A stretch of 64,000 bases of DNA from Sphingomonadales bacterium (lineage in GTDB: Bacteria; Pseudomonadota; Alphaproteobacteria; Sphingomonadales; Sphingomonadaceae). Below, piece by piece: positions 1 to 11,204 of this stretch (the stretch's first letter is position 1; each line of letters starts with the position of its first letter). The notes beneath the pieces were generated by a model, which made no database searches, was not told the origin of the DNA, and worked only from the letters and a program-made list of their open reading frames with translations. The stretch is taken from NCBI GenBank assembly GCA_040004295.1, contig JBDUBD010000001.1:128-64127 (forward strand), read 5' to 3'. The position numbers and the translations under genes are program-made.

Positions 1-261
1 CGCGACGACCGGCAAGCCGGCGACGGCGCACATTTCCTCGAGCTTTGCGCGCAGGCTGGTATTGGCCAATGTAAACAGTACCAGCCCCGGATTCTTGCAG
101 ATATCCGTCATGATCCGCGAGAGATGGCCTTCGCTCCGCACCATCGGCCAGAAGTGTTTGACCGGCTCGACATCGTCGAACAGAGCCATTGCGGCCTTGG
201 CCACGGCTTCCAGCGTTTCGCCGGTCGAGTCAGACAGCAGGTGGAGGTGGAGCCGGTTCAC
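1..261 (-). CDS. Pyruvate,water/phosphate dikinase regulatory protein (PDRP, DUF299 kinase/pyrophosphorylase), 5' part; continues off the left edge
   Basis: Hand translation from GTG at 261: MNRLHLHLLSDSTGETLEAVAKAAMALFDDVEPVKHFWPMVRS...PGLVLFTL, the typical DUF299 N-terminus. Absent from the ORF track. Confidence 0.9.
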   Translation of the reverse strand, partial: MNRLHLHLLSDSTGETLEAVAKAAMALFDDVEPVKHFWPMVRSEGHLSRIMTDICKNPGLVLFTLANTSLRAKLEEMCAVAGLPVVA

Positions 262-572
262 CGACGTTCCTCTGCACAATATGCAGCCTGTGCACAAATT
301 GCGGGAAAACTGCCCGGTCAAACCTCTGCGCAAACTGGTCGGCCGAAACGTTCGACAGATCCATCGTTTCCGCTCCCACATCTATCCACAAGGAGGCGAT
401 TCCAAGCCGACCCTGTGGATAACGGGAATGCATGAGTCCGACTCCGCCGATTTCCGCCAGACCGTCGAAGTCAAACTGTTGGCAGAACCAAGCCTAGCGC
501 ATAAGCCCCGCGAAACGCCCTACCAACATCCTCCATCAACCTTTTATTAACTTAATAGTATAGGAAGAGCGC
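262..572. other. oriC: Predicted chromosomal replication origin (oriC)
   Basis: Intergenic region between PDRP and hemE, the Caulobacter Cori position. Perfect DnaA box TGTGGATAA at 414-422, 1-mismatch CTATCCACA at 382-390, 2-mismatch TGTGCACAA at 289-297, AT-rich tract at 541-562. Upstream of the rho-mnmE-mnmG-rsmG-parAB cluster. Confidence 0.8.
414..422 (-). promoter_or_regulatory. DnaA box (perfect TTATCCACA on the minus strand)
   Basis: TGTGGATAA is exactly the reverse complement of the consensus TTATCCACA. Confidence 0.85.
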
Positions 573-1607
573 TTGACCGGACCGAACGCCCTGTCGCCCA
601 TCATGCGGGTCCTTTCGGGCGAGCGGCTGGACCGCCCGCCGGTGTGGTTCATGCGCCAGGCCGGACGTTATCTTCCTGAGTACCGGGCCTTGCGTGCCGA
701 AAAAGGCGGGTTTCTGGCACTGGTCTATGACCCTGAAACCGCGGTGGAAATTACGCTCCAGCCGTTGCGCCGCTTCGGCTTCGACGCGGCAATCCTGTTT
801 TCCGACATCCTCGTCGTGCCCCACGCTATGGGACAGAGGCTGTGGTTCGAGGAGGGGGAAGGACCGCGCCTCGCGCCGATCCTGCTTGAGGCCAATCTTG
901 CTGATTTCGAACCCGATCTCAACAAGCTTGAACCGATCTACAGAACGGTTGCGGGCGTAAAGGCGGCCCTGGCGCCCGATCAGGCATTGCTGGGCTTTGC
1001 GGGAAGCCCCTGGACGATTGCGACGTACATGATCGCGGGGCAGGGAAGCCGTGACCAGAACGATGCGCGCCGGCTGGCCTATCGCGATCCGGTCAAGGTC
1101 GGTGAGCTGATCGCCGCGATCACCGCCACGACAATTGCCTATCTGCGGGCACAGATCGATGCGGGCGCCGATGCCATCCAGTTGTTCGACAGCTGGTCTG
1201 GATCGCTATCACCCGCGCAATTCGAACGCTGGGTCATCGCGCCCAATGCCGCAATCGTTTCCGCGCTGCGTGAATCGCATCCGGGCACACCCGTCATCGG
1301 ATTTCCGAAAGGTGCGGGCGGAAAGCTGCCCGCCTATGCCCGCGAAACCGGCGTTTCGGCGGTCGGTATCGATGAAACGGTGTCGCCGGAGTGGGCGGAT
1401 TCGACCCTTCCGGCCGATCTTCCGGTGCAGGGCAATCTCGACCCCCTGGCGCTCGTTACCGGCGGCGCGCAGCTCACCGAGGCCGTCGATCGCATTCTGA
1501 AGGCGTTCGGCAACCGCCCGCATATCTTCAATCTTGGTCACGGCATTGTCCCCGACACGCCGATCGCCCATGTTGAGGCCGTGCTTGCGCAGGTTCGGGG
1601 TCGCTGA
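573..1607 (+). CDS. hemE: Uroporphyrinogen decarboxylase
   Basis: PPVWFMRQAGRYLPEYR, FSDIL and FNLGHG motifs. TTG start after AGGAAG; alternative ATG at 603. Confidence 0.97.
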   Translation: MTGPNALSPIMRVLSGERLDRPPVWFMRQAGRYLPEYRALRAEKGGFLALVYDPETAVEITLQPLRRFGFDAAILFSDILVVPHAMGQRLWFEEGEGPRLAPILLEANLADFEPDLNKLEPIYRTVAGVKAALAPDQALLGFAGSPWTIATYMIAGQGSRDQNDARRLAYRDPVKVGELIAAITATTIAYLRAQIDAGADAIQLFDSWSGSLSPAQFERWVIAPNAAIVSALRESHPGTPVIGFPKGAGGKLPAYARETGVSAVGIDETVSPEWADSTLPADLPVQGNLDPLALVTGGAQLTEAVDRILKAFGNRPHIFNLGHGIVPDTPIAHVEAVLAQVRGR

Positions 1608-1609
1608 CG

Positions 1610-2062
1610 ATGGATACGCTGGTGGGATGGCTGGGTGCCGCCTATCCTTGGGTTAAAGCCGCGCACCTGATTTTCGTCATCTTCTGGATGGCGGGTCTAT
1701 TCATGTTGCCGCGATTTTTGGTGTATCATCAGGAAACCATCCCGGGATCGCCGGAGGAGGGCCGCTGGGCGGTGCGAGAGGCCCGACTGGTGTCGATCAT
1801 CCTCAACCCCGCTCTGCTCGCTGTATGGGCCTTTGGCTTGATGCTGCTCGTCAACATCGGTGCCGCCACCGAGACATGGTTCCGGCTGAAGTTTCTCGTG
1901 GTTGTCGGACTTACCCTCTACCAGTTCTGGATGGTCAATTATGCGCGCAAGCTGTCAGCCGGGCAGCGGACCGCCTCTGGTCGAACGCTGCGGCTGCTCA
2001 ACGAAATTCCGTCGCTGGCTACGATCCTGATCGTCATCCTCGTCATTGTCCGGCCATTCTGA
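1610..2062 (+). CDS. hemJ: Protoporphyrinogen oxidase HemJ (CopD family)
   Basis: WVKAAHLIFVIFWMAGLFMLPR and C-terminal RLLNEIP motifs; directly follows hemE. Confidence 0.93.
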   Translation: MDTLVGWLGAAYPWVKAAHLIFVIFWMAGLFMLPRFLVYHQETIPGSPEEGRWAVREARLVSIILNPALLAVWAFGLMLLVNIGAATETWFRLKFLVVVGLTLYQFWMVNYARKLSAGQRTASGRTLRLLNEIPSLATILIVILVIVRPF

Positions 2063-2073
2063 AAGCTGTCATT

Positions 2074-2427
2074 ATGCCTCTTTTTACCGTGCTTGCTGCT
2101 GCGGCGGCCCAAGCAGCATCTCCCTCCGCGCAGGAACAGGATTTGCATTGCATCGCCGTGATTTCGGCGATTATTGGCAAGGCCGACGAGAACAAGCGTG
2201 CAGCGGTTACGCCATTGGTGATGTATTATGTCGGGCGGGTGGCCGGTCGCGATCCGACGCTGAAGCTCGAACCCGAGTTGCGCCGTGTCTATGCCAATCA
2301 AGCGGCCTTCCAGAAAACGTTTCCGGCCGAAGCAGCGCGTTGTGGCGCGGAAATGGATATCGTCGGCAAGGATTTGGTGCGGATGGGGGAAGCGTTGAAG
2401 CAAAGCGAGACAGGCGGTCCGAAATAG
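2074..2427 (+). CDS. Small hypothetical secreted protein (117 aa)
   Basis: MPLFTVLAAAAAQAA signal-like N-terminus and two Cys. Real start is probably ATG 2074 inside track ORF 1825..2427. Confidence 0.7.
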   Translation: MPLFTVLAAAAAQAASPSAQEQDLHCIAVISAIIGKADENKRAAVTPLVMYYVGRVAGRDPTLKLEPELRRVYANQAAFQKTFPAEAARCGAEMDIVGKDLVRMGEALKQSETGGPK

Positions 2428-2586
2428 CCGCCTTGAACGTTGACGACCATTCTGACGGCTTGACTTATCGGCCTCGCCCGACGACATAACGGCCTTGCGG
2501 ACCTGTCCGCAGATTTACGAGCATCGGTCCTCGATACGCTCGCGTGACGCAAATATGCTGTCCGACCAGATCCCGAAAGAATAAGA

Positions 2587-3843
<1,257 letters not shown>

Positions 3844-3877
3844 CGCATCCGATCTGCACGAAAGACGTTAGTACCAT

Positions 3878-4609
3878 ATGATCGAACTCTTCGCGACGGT
3901 CGCCGCGACCGCCACCGAACCGATGTCGCTGGCATGGCTGTGGAGCCACATCGTCTCCGACTTCCAGAACATCGGTACGCCGTCGGCGCTGACGGCGTTC
4001 GGAACGGTGGTATTGCTCGACATAGCGCTGGCGGGCGACAATGCGATCATCGTCGGTGCGCTGGCGGCGGGGCTTCCCCCCGAACAGCGCAAGAAGGTTA
4101 TTGCGATCGGCATCCTGGCGGCACTGCTGCTGCGGATCGTATTTGCCGTGGCGGTGCTTTACGGACTCGAGCGGTTCAAGGAATACGGCCTTGTCCTCGG
4201 TGGTGGCTTGCTGCTGCTGTGGGTTTCGTGGAAAATGTATCGTGAATTGCAGCCCAAGGGTGCAGCGGGCGGTTCGGCGGAAGTCGCTGGCGACGAACAC
4301 AGCGGCATAAGGCCCGCGAAATCGTTCGCGTCGGCGGCCTGGGCGGTCGCGGTTGCCGATGTGTCGATGAGCCTCGACAACGTGCTCGCCGTCGCGGGTG
4401 CCGCGCGCGAACACCCCGGGATCATGGTCATTGGCCTGATCCTGTCGGTCGCGATGATGGGTGTGGCGGCGAATGTGATAGCCAAATATATCGAACGCTA
4501 TCGCTGGATCGCGTGGGGCGGGCTGGTGATCATCATCTACGTCGCGGGCAAAATGATCTATGATGGCTGGCACGATTTCGCGCCGACCGCACAGGCGCTG
4601 ATCGGTTGA
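3878..4609 (+). CDS. TerC-family (YjbE-like) membrane protein
   Basis: LDIALAGDNAII and DVSMSLDNVLAVAG repeated acidic motifs; multiple TM helices. Confidence 0.88.
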   Translation: MIELFATVAATATEPMSLAWLWSHIVSDFQNIGTPSALTAFGTVVLLDIALAGDNAIIVGALAAGLPPEQRKKVIAIGILAALLLRIVFAVAVLYGLERFKEYGLVLGGGLLLLWVSWKMYRELQPKGAAGGSAEVAGDEHSGIRPAKSFASAAWAVAVADVSMSLDNVLAVAGAAREHPGIMVIGLILSVAMMGVAANVIAKYIERYRWIAWGGLVIIIYVAGKMIYDGWHDFAPTAQALIG

Positions 4610-4660
4610 CTTGCGGCTTGTCCCCGACGCCCGCATAACGCGGGCAAAGGGGACACGCAG

Positions 4661-4900
4661 ATGAAGATCACGGTCGATGTCGATTGCACACCCGAAGAGG
4701 CGCGGCGGTTCATGGGGCTGCCCGACCTGACGCCGATCCATGATGCCTATATCTCGCAGATGCTCGATGTGGTGAAGACCGGCGGCGTTTCGCGCGATAC
4801 GCTGGAGGGCATGATGAAAAACTGGATGCCGATGGGCGAAACGGGAATGAAGCTGTGGCAACAGTTGTTCGACAATGTGACGGGATCGACCAAGCGCTGA
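4661..4900 (+). CDS. DUF6489-like small protein
   Basis: MKITVDVDCTPEEARRFMGLPDL family-type N-terminus. Confidence 0.8.
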   Translation: MKITVDVDCTPEEARRFMGLPDLTPIHDAYISQMLDVVKTGGVSRDTLEGMMKNWMPMGETGMKLWQQLFDNVTGSTKR

Positions 4901-6183
4901 CGCCACAAGGGGAGGCAACGCCAACCATTTTCGCGCGTTCGACCGGGGCGCTTCCCTCCGCGATCGCAATTGTCCGCGTGAGCGGACCACAGAGCGCGGC
5001 AGCACTCGAGGCGATGACGCGTCGGGCACTTCCTTCGCCGAGAGCCGCAGTTATCCGCCGCCTTTATGATGCTCGCGAAGACTTGCTGGACTCGGCGATG
5101 GTCCTCTGGCTACCCGGTCCCGATACGGTGACGGGGGAAGACCTAGTAGAGTTTCACCTGCACGGCAGCCGCGCCGTGGTGGCGGGTGTCGAAACCGCGC
5201 TGTCTGCGCTGCCCGGGTTGCAGGCTGCTGAACCGGGTGAATTTACACGCCGCGCCTTTGAAAACGGACGTATGGACCTCAGCCAGGTCGAGGGGCTCGC
5301 CGATCTTCTGTCGGCAGAGACGGCACGGCAACGCACCGCCGCGCTGACGATGGCCGAGGGCGGCTTACGACGTGCGGTGGAGGATTGGCAGGTGCGGCTG
5401 CTCGATCTCGCAGCGCGCATCGAAGCGTCGATCGATCACGAGGACGAACCCGATGTCGTCGCTGGTCCACTTGATGCCGATACGCGGGCGCTAGTGGCGT
5501 CGCTCGATTCGGCCCTGGCGCATCCTCCGGCAGAGCGGCTGCGTGATGGTGTAAGGATCGGTATCGCCGGACCCCCGAATGCCGGAAAATCAACTCTTAT
5601 CAACGCTTTGGCTGGCCGTGAGGCGGCGATTGTCTCGCCGATCGCGGGGACGACGCGCGATCTGGTAGAGGTGTCACTCAATCTCGACGGCATTCCGGTC
5701 GTCCTGATCGATATGGCGGGTCTCAGGGCCGACAGCCTCGACCCGATCGAGCAGATCGGTATTGCCCGTGCCGAAGAGGCCATGACGCGCTGCGACCTGA
5801 TCCTCTGGCTAGGCGTTGGGGATGAGGTACCAGAGGGTCGGGTCATGACTGTTGCGACGAAGTCGGACATCGAAGCGGGTCGGCTGGCCGAGCAAGTCGT
5901 ATCCGCGATCACGGGTGACGGAATTGATGCCCTTCGCGCCGCAATCCGCACACGTGCGGAGGAGCTGCTGCCGTCGCTCGGCGAACTGACGCTGAGCACA
6001 GGTCAGCGCGGGCATCTCGCAATGGCGCGCGATGGGCTGATCAGAAGTGTAGGGGAGGTGGACGATGTCTTGCGCGCCGAGGCGGTTCTGCAGGCGATGG
6101 TGTCACTCGATCGAATCACAGGCCGTGCGGATACGGAGGCGATGCTCGACGCCCTGTTCGGACGCTTTTGCATCGGCAAGTGA
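4897..6183 (+). CDS. mnmE: tRNA modification GTPase MnmE (start uncertain: CTG 4897, GTG 4855 or ATT 4927)
   Basis: TIFARSTG, GEFTRRAFENG, GPPNAGKSTL, GTTRD and the C-terminal FCIGK. Confidence 0.95.
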   Translation: MTPQGEATPTIFARSTGALPSAIAIVRVSGPQSAAALEAMTRRALPSPRAAVIRRLYDAREDLLDSAMVLWLPGPDTVTGEDLVEFHLHGSRAVVAGVETALSALPGLQAAEPGEFTRRAFENGRMDLSQVEGLADLLSAETARQRTAALTMAEGGLRRAVEDWQVRLLDLAARIEASIDHEDEPDVVAGPLDADTRALVASLDSALAHPPAERLRDGVRIGIAGPPNAGKSTLINALAGREAAIVSPIAGTTRDLVEVSLNLDGIPVVLIDMAGLRADSLDPIEQIGIARAEEAMTRCDLILWLGVGDEVPEGRVMTVATKSDIEAGRLAEQVVSAITGDGIDALRAAIRTRAEELLPSLGELTLSTGQRGHLAMARDGLIRSVGEVDDVLRAEAVLQAMVSLDRITGRADTEAMLDALFGRFCIGK

Positions 6184-6186
6184 TGA

Positions 6187-6202
6187 TGTTCCACGTGAAA
6201 CG
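6187..6202. promoter_or_regulatory. parS: parS site (ParB binding)
   Basis: TGTTCCACGTGAAACG, a near-consensus parS, in the mnmE-mnmG spacer. Confidence 0.85.
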
Positions 6203-6217
6203 CGCTAAGGGCGCATA

Positions 6218-7921
6218 ATGGACTTCGATGTGATCGTTATCGGCGGCGGACATGCCGGCACCGAAGCGGCTGCGGCTGCGGCGCGGCGCGGCGCGCGGAC
6301 AGCGCTGATCTCCTTCGACCGGACGATGATTGGTGCAATGTCGTGCAACCCAGCGATCGGTGGTATCGGCAAGGGACATCTCGTTCGCGAGGTCGATGCA
6401 CTGGACGGCCTCATCGGTCGCGCCAGCGACGCGGCAGCAATTCACTATCGCCTACTCAACCGGTCAAAGGGACCGGCAGTGCAAGGGCCGCGCATTCAGG
6501 CTGACCGCAAGCGTTATGCTGCTGCTATCCAGTCGATGCTGGACGCCCAGCCAAACCTCACACTGATGGAGCATGGCGTCAGCGCGCTAAGACTTGATGG
6601 CGGAAGGGTGACCGGTATCGTTCTCGACGATGGTACGAACGTCGCCACTCGCGCGGTCGTTATCGCCACCGGCACATTTCTCAATGCGCGAATGTTCCGT
6701 GGGGCCGATACCGAAGTCGGTGGCCGGGTCGGCGAACGCTCGGCGATCACGCTCGGCGAACAACTGCGTTCGCTGTCGCTGCCGATGGGGCGGCTCAAGA
6801 CCGGCACGCCGCCGCGACTCGATGGTCGAACCATCGACTGGTCGCGCCTCGATGTACAAGCTAGCGATGACGACCACTGGACGATGTCGCCGCTGGGTCA
6901 GCGCGTCCTGCCACAGCTTTTCTGTGCGATTACGCGGACCAATAGTGCGACGCACGATGCCATCCGCGCGGGTTTGGTCGATTCGCCACTCACGACAGGA
7001 GCAATAGAGGGGCAGGGGCCGCGCTATTGTCCCTCGGTCGAAGACAAGGTGACGCGGTTCGGCGACCGTGATGGGCATCAGGTATTCCTCGAACCGGAAG
7101 GCCTTGATTCGCATCTTATCTATCCGAATGGACTTTCCACGTCATTGTCGGTCGCAACACAGCAGAAGATGTTGCGAACGATCGACGGACTGGAAACGGT
7201 CGATATCGTCGTGCCGGGCTACGCCGTCGAGTATGACTATCTCGATCCCCGCGCGCTCGATCATCGCCTCGCGCTCGACGCAATACCGGGTGTGTTCTGT
7301 GCCGGGCAGATCAACGGGACAACTGGTTATGAGGAAGCGGCAGCACAGGGCCTGATCGCTGGTGCCAACGCCACCGCTGCGGCACTGGATCTCCAGCCCG
7401 TCAGCGTCGAGCGCGATCAAGGTTACGTCGGGGTCATGATCGACGATCTCGTTCTGCAGGGAGCGAGTGAACCCTATCGGATGCTGACCGCACGTGCCGA
7501 GCATCGCCTTGCTCTACGCGCGGACAATGCTTCGACACGGCTGACGCCGGTTGGAATCGGATCCGGGATAGTGGGTCAAGAGCGGATAAAATGGTGGAAC
7601 AGTCGCGCTATCGAGCTCGAAAACGCGCGACTGGGCGCGACCGACGTCGATGCTGACGTGGCAACGGAGGTAGCGACTGACGCCCTGTACGCACCGTATC
7701 TTCAGCGTCAGGATTCCGAGCGTCGCAGCCTTGCGGCCAGTGATGCATTGTCGCTCCGCGACGATATGCGGTGGTCGGCAATTCCCGGTCTCTCCAACGA
7801 AATGATCGAGCGACTGGGACATGCACGTCCCAGAACGCTTGGCGAGGCTCGCCGAGTCCGTGGCGTTACGCCAGCCGCCTTGGCGGCAATCATGGTCACC
7901 GCAAGACGCGCACATGGATGA
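6218..7921 (+). CDS. mnmG: tRNA uridine 5-carboxymethylaminomethyl modification enzyme MnmG/GidA (short, 567 aa)
   Basis: GGGHAG FAD motif, [42 protein letters not shown]. Confidence 0.98.
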   Translation: MDFDVIVIGGGHAGTEAAAAAARRGARTALISFDRTMIGAMSCNPAIGGIGKGHLVREVDALDGLIGRASDAAAIHYRLLNRSKGPAVQGPRIQADRKRYAAAIQSMLDAQPNLTLMEHGVSALRLDGGRVTGIVLDDGTNVATRAVVIATGTFLNARMFRGADTEVGGRVGERSAITLGEQLRSLSLPMGRLKTGTPPRLDGRTIDWSRLDVQASDDDHWTMSPLGQRVLPQLFCAITRTNSATHDAIRAGLVDSPLTTGAIEGQGPRYCPSVEDKVTRFGDRDGHQVFLEPEGLDSHLIYPNGLSTSLSVATQQKMLRTIDGLETVDIVVPGYAVEYDYLDPRALDHRLALDAIPGVFCAGQINGTTGYEEAAAQGLIAGANATAAALDLQPVSVERDQGYVGVMIDDLVLQGASEPYRMLTARAEHRLALRADNASTRLTPVGIGSGIVGQERIKWWNSRAIELENARLGATDVDADVATEVATDALYAPYLQRQDSERRSLAASDALSLRDDMRWSAIPGLSNEMIERLGHARPRTLGEARRVRGVTPAALAAIMVTARRAHG

Positions 7922-8546
7922 GATTGCGGCACGCGCCTGGCTAGACGCACTGCCGGATGTTTCACGTGAAACACATGAAAAGCTTGATCGACTGGTAGCA
8001 CTTCTGGCCGAAGAAAACGCGCATCAGAACCTGCTAAGCGCCTCGACAATTCCTCACATTCTGGCGCGACACATTGTCGATTCTGCCCAGCTCATACCCC
8101 TAGCCAACCGAAGTGATGGCAGGTGGCTCGACCTGGGGAGCGGGGCAGGGCTTCCAGGTCTCGTCATTGCCACGCTTGTCGAGGGGCTGGTTACCCTCGT
8201 CGAATCACGGCGTCTTCGGTGCGCCTGGCTATCGCGGGCTGTCGATCTTCTCGATCTAACGAACGTACGTGTAGAGCATAAACGACTCGAACTGCTTTCA
8301 GATGCCAGGTTCGATGTCATAACGGCCCGCGCATTTGCGCCGTTGCCGAAACTTTTCACCCTCGCGCACCGGTTTTGCACAGAAGAAACGCTGTGGATCC
8401 TGCCAAAAGGGCGTGGCGCAGCGGAAGAACTGGAATCGGTTGCCGACACGTGGCACGGTGTGTTTCACATGGAAACCAGCGTCACCGATCCCGACAGTGC
8501 GATCATCGTTGCGCGGAACGTCCGTCCGAAGGGTCGCCGGCGATGA
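7914..8546 (+). CDS. rsmG: 16S rRNA m7G527 methyltransferase
   Basis: DVSRET N-terminus, [25 protein letters not shown] at 7914 overlaps the end of mnmG. Confidence 0.95.
   Translation: MDEIAARAWLDALPDVSRETHEKLDRLVALLAEENAHQNLLSASTIPHILARHIVDSAQLIPLANRSDGRWLDLGSGAGLPGLVIATLVEGLVTLVESRRLRCAWLSRAVDLLDLTNVRVEHKRLELLSDARFDVITARAFAPLPKLFTLAHRFCTEETLWILPKGRGAAEELESVADTWHGVFHMETSVTDPDSAIIVARNVRPKGRRR
7958..7973. promoter_or_regulatory. parS: parS site (perfect palindrome) inside rsmG
   Basis: TGTTTCACGTGAAACA exact consensus; encodes DVSRET. Confidence 0.92.
8461..8476. promoter_or_regulatory. Degenerate parS-like site inside the rsmG 3' end
   Basis: TGTTTCACATGGAAAC: left half-site perfect, right half degenerate. 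Confidence 0.4.
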
Positions 8547-9331
8547 TCACGATCTGCGTCGCGAACCAGAAAGGCGGGGTCGGCAAGACGACCACGGCGA
8601 TAAATGTTGCGACCGCGCTCGCGGCAATGGGCTGGCGCACGCTGTTAATCGATCTTGATCCCCAGGGGAATGCATCGACCGGCCTTGGTGTCTATCACAG
8701 CGAACGCCTTCGTTCGAGTTACGAGTTGCTGACCGGCGATTGCACTATGGCTGAGGCGGTCATTGCGACGAAGGTTCCGCGCCTCGATCTGATCGCGGCA
8801 ACCGTCGATCTCTCCGGTGCGGAGATCGAGCTGGTCGATTTCGAGAACCGTACCGACCGCTTGCGGACGGCGCTCGGTGCGGCGGCCGATGCGCGCTGGG
8901 ACATCTGCCTGATCGACTGCCCGCCGTCGCTGGGGCTGCTAACGATCAACGCCATGGTCGCCGCACAGTCGCTGCTGGTGCCGCTGCAATGCGAGTTCTT
9001 CGCCCTCGAAGGGTTGTCGCAACTCCTTCAAACTATTGATAGAATTCGCGCGAAATTCAATCCCGGCCTCGCCATATTGGGCGTTGCCCTCACCATGTAC
9101 GATCGCCGCAACCGCTTGACCGAACAGGTCGCGCAGGACGTTCGCGCGGCGTTGGGCACCGCCGTTTTCGATACCGTAATTCCGCGAAACGTACGTCTGT
9201 CCGAAGCGCCGAGTCACGGACTGCCGGCGTTGATCTACGACATGCGGTGTGCGGGATCGGAGGCGTATATGAACCTGTCGCGCGAACTCATCGGGCGCCT
9301 GCCACCACTGGCCCAGGCGAAAGCGGCATGA
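8543..9331 (+). CDS. parA: Chromosome partitioning ATPase ParA
   Basis: ANQKGGVGKTTT deviant Walker A, IDLDPQGNAS, DCPPSLG, IPRNVRLSEAPS. Confidence 0.97.
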   Translation: MITICVANQKGGVGKTTTAINVATALAAMGWRTLLIDLDPQGNASTGLGVYHSERLRSSYELLTGDCTMAEAVIATKVPRLDLIAATVDLSGAEIELVDFENRTDRLRTALGAAADARWDICLIDCPPSLGLLTINAMVAAQSLLVPLQCEFFALEGLSQLLQTIDRIRAKFNPGLAILGVALTMYDRRNRLTEQVAQDVRAALGTAVFDTVIPRNVRLSEAPSHGLPALIYDMRCAGSEAYMNLSRELIGRLPPLAQAKAA

Positions 9332-10218
9332 GCGATAACGTCGAACCGATTTCCCCGAGGCGCCGCCCGCCGGGCCTTGGCCGCGGCCTTTCGGCATTGT
9401 TGGGCGACACCAGCCCGTCCGACATGTCTCGTTCGGACGGCATTCGCGAAATAGCGATCGCCGACATTACACCGCATCCCGGCCAGCCACGCCGTCACTT
9501 CGATGAAGGCGCTCTGATCGAACTCGCCGAATCGATTGCGTCGCGTGGTGTGCTTCAACCGATCGTCGTTCGTCCTGCCGGTGACCGCTATCAGATCGTT
9601 GCGGGCGAACGCCGCTGGCGTGCGGCGCAGCGGGCGCAACTCCACACGATTCCCGCAATCGTCCGGTCATTCGACGAGGCCGCAACGCTCGAAGTCGCGC
9701 TGATCGAGAATATCCAGCGCGAACAGCTCAATGCGGTTGAGGAGGGCGAGGCTTATCGCCGCCTGATCGACGAGCATGGGCATACTCAGGACGCGCTGGC
9801 GAAGTTGTTACACAAGTCGCGCAGTCACATCGCCAATCTGATGCGCCTGATGGACCTGCCGGAAAGTGTCCGGAGCATGGTCGCCGACGGTCGCTTGACC
9901 ATGGGGCACGCCCGCGCGCTGATCGGCGCAGCCGATGCGGAAGGTTTGGCCGCTCAGATTATCAAGGAAGACCTGTCGGTTCGCGCGGCAGAAGCACTTG
10001 TAAAGAAAACAAAAAAACCTGCTCCGATCGAATATAAGTCGATGCCTGAGCGTGGATCGAACGCCGATATCGAACTGCTCGAACGGCAACTCGGCGATCT
10101 GCTGGGCCTGAAAGTCGGGATCACGCACAAGGCCGGGGCAGGAAGCGTCAATGTGTCGTACGCGACGCTCGATCAACTCGACATGATCTGCCAACGCCTC
10201 AGCGGCGGGTCGGTTTAA
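9328..10218 (+). CDS. parB: Chromosome partitioning protein ParB
   Basis: GLGRGLSALL, QPRRHF, GVLQPIVVR, IVAGERRWRAA, ENIQR and the HTH region. Confidence 0.97.
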   Translation: MSDNVEPISPRRRPPGLGRGLSALLGDTSPSDMSRSDGIREIAIADITPHPGQPRRHFDEGALIELAESIASRGVLQPIVVRPAGDRYQIVAGERRWRAAQRAQLHTIPAIVRSFDEAATLEVALIENIQREQLNAVEEGEAYRRLIDEHGHTQDALAKLLHKSRSHIANLMRLMDLPESVRSMVADGRLTMGHARALIGAADAEGLAAQIIKEDLSVRAAEALVKKTKKPAPIEYKSMPERGSNADIELLERQLGDLLGLKVGITHKAGAGSVNVSYATLDQLDMICQRLSGGSV

Positions 10219-11204
10219 CGACGTCGCTCGGCCGCCCGGGCGAGCCCGACCATTGCCTGGCTTGAAAGCACATCGCCCGCGGTTCTAGGCTGCTTGATCG
10301 CCGCTTCGGCATCCATTGCCCGTGTGTGACCCGTCGCCAGCGCAGCCGGAGACCAGATTCGCGCCTGGCGTTCGATGGCATCGCGTTCGCGGGGATTACC
10401 GCCGCGTGGCACCGCGCCACCGCGTTTCGCCGAATGAACCCTTGCCACCGCGAGCGCACGGCGACCGACGGCCCGCAGCGTCGGAATCGGCTCTGCCGCA
10501 CCTTCACCGATCAATTCGGCGGCGAGATCGGCGGTGCGTCCATCGAACAGCGCATCGACCAGCGTCCAGGGCTCGCGCACGTCTATTGCGGCCCCGATCA
10601 GCTCGACATCGGCCTGTTCGATCGGGCGCGGACGGTCGGGCGCAGCGTCGGCATAAAGCGCAAGTTTCTCGAGTTCGCGTTGCATCAGGCCCCGGTCGCC
10701 GTTGGTCGCCTCTGCGACCATATGCGCGGCTTCGGACGACAGGCGCACACCCATCGCCTGGCCGATCTGCCGCGCGATGGCGTCGGCCTTTTGGCCCTCG
10801 GGCTTCCAGCTCGCGTAGGACAGGATGCGCGCGTCGGCGAGAGCGAGTTTGAGCAGCGCCGAGGTGGGGCGAAGCTGGCCCGCGATGACCACGACCGGGC
10901 ATCCTTCGGGCGCTTCGAGCAAGGCCTCGACCGCCTTCAATAATTCGTCGCCGCCGGTCACGCGAATCCAGCGAGGTCCGCCGAACATGGTGATCGCGGT
11001 CGCCTCATCGGGCAGGCGCGCGGGATCGTCTTTCAGAGTCGAGCCGTCGAGATCGACGCGCTCAGCATCGGCGCCCATGGCCGCACCAAGCCGGTCGGAC
11101 AGGGCGCGCGACCCGGCCTCGTCGGGGCCGTGGAGCAGCAGGAATTTGTAGGTGGCGCCGGGCGAATCGACCGCACGGCCGATCTGGACCTCGTTACCCT
11201 TCAC
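10215..11204 (-). CDS. holA: DNA polymerase III delta subunit
   Basis: FLLLHGPDE...ELEKLALY; position after leuS-lptE. GTG start at 11204 overlaps the lptE stop. Confidence 0.88.
   Translation of the reverse strand: MKGNEVQIGRAVDSPGATYKFLLLHGPDEAGSRALSDRLGAAMGADAERVDLDGSTLKDDPARLPDEATAITMFGGPRWIRVTGGDELLKAVEALLEAPEGCPVVVIAGQLRPTSALLKLALADARILSYASWKPEGQKADAIARQIGQAMGVRLSSEAAHMVAEATNGDRGLMQRELEKLALYADAAPDRPRPIEQADVELIGAAIDVREPWTLVDALFDGRTADLAAELIGEGAAEPIPTLRAVGRRALAVARVHSAKRGGAVPRGGNPRERDAIERQARIWSPAALATGHTRAMDAEAAIKQPRTAGDVLSSQAMVGLARAAERRR

Noticed and set aside
62-550. 162-aa plus-strand ORF across the origin region
   Set aside because: Overlaps the minus-strand PDRP gene and the DnaA boxes; no family features.
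541-555. CtrA box at oriC
   Set aside because: The two TTAA words (547-550, 552-555) are 1 nt apart, not the required N7 spacing.
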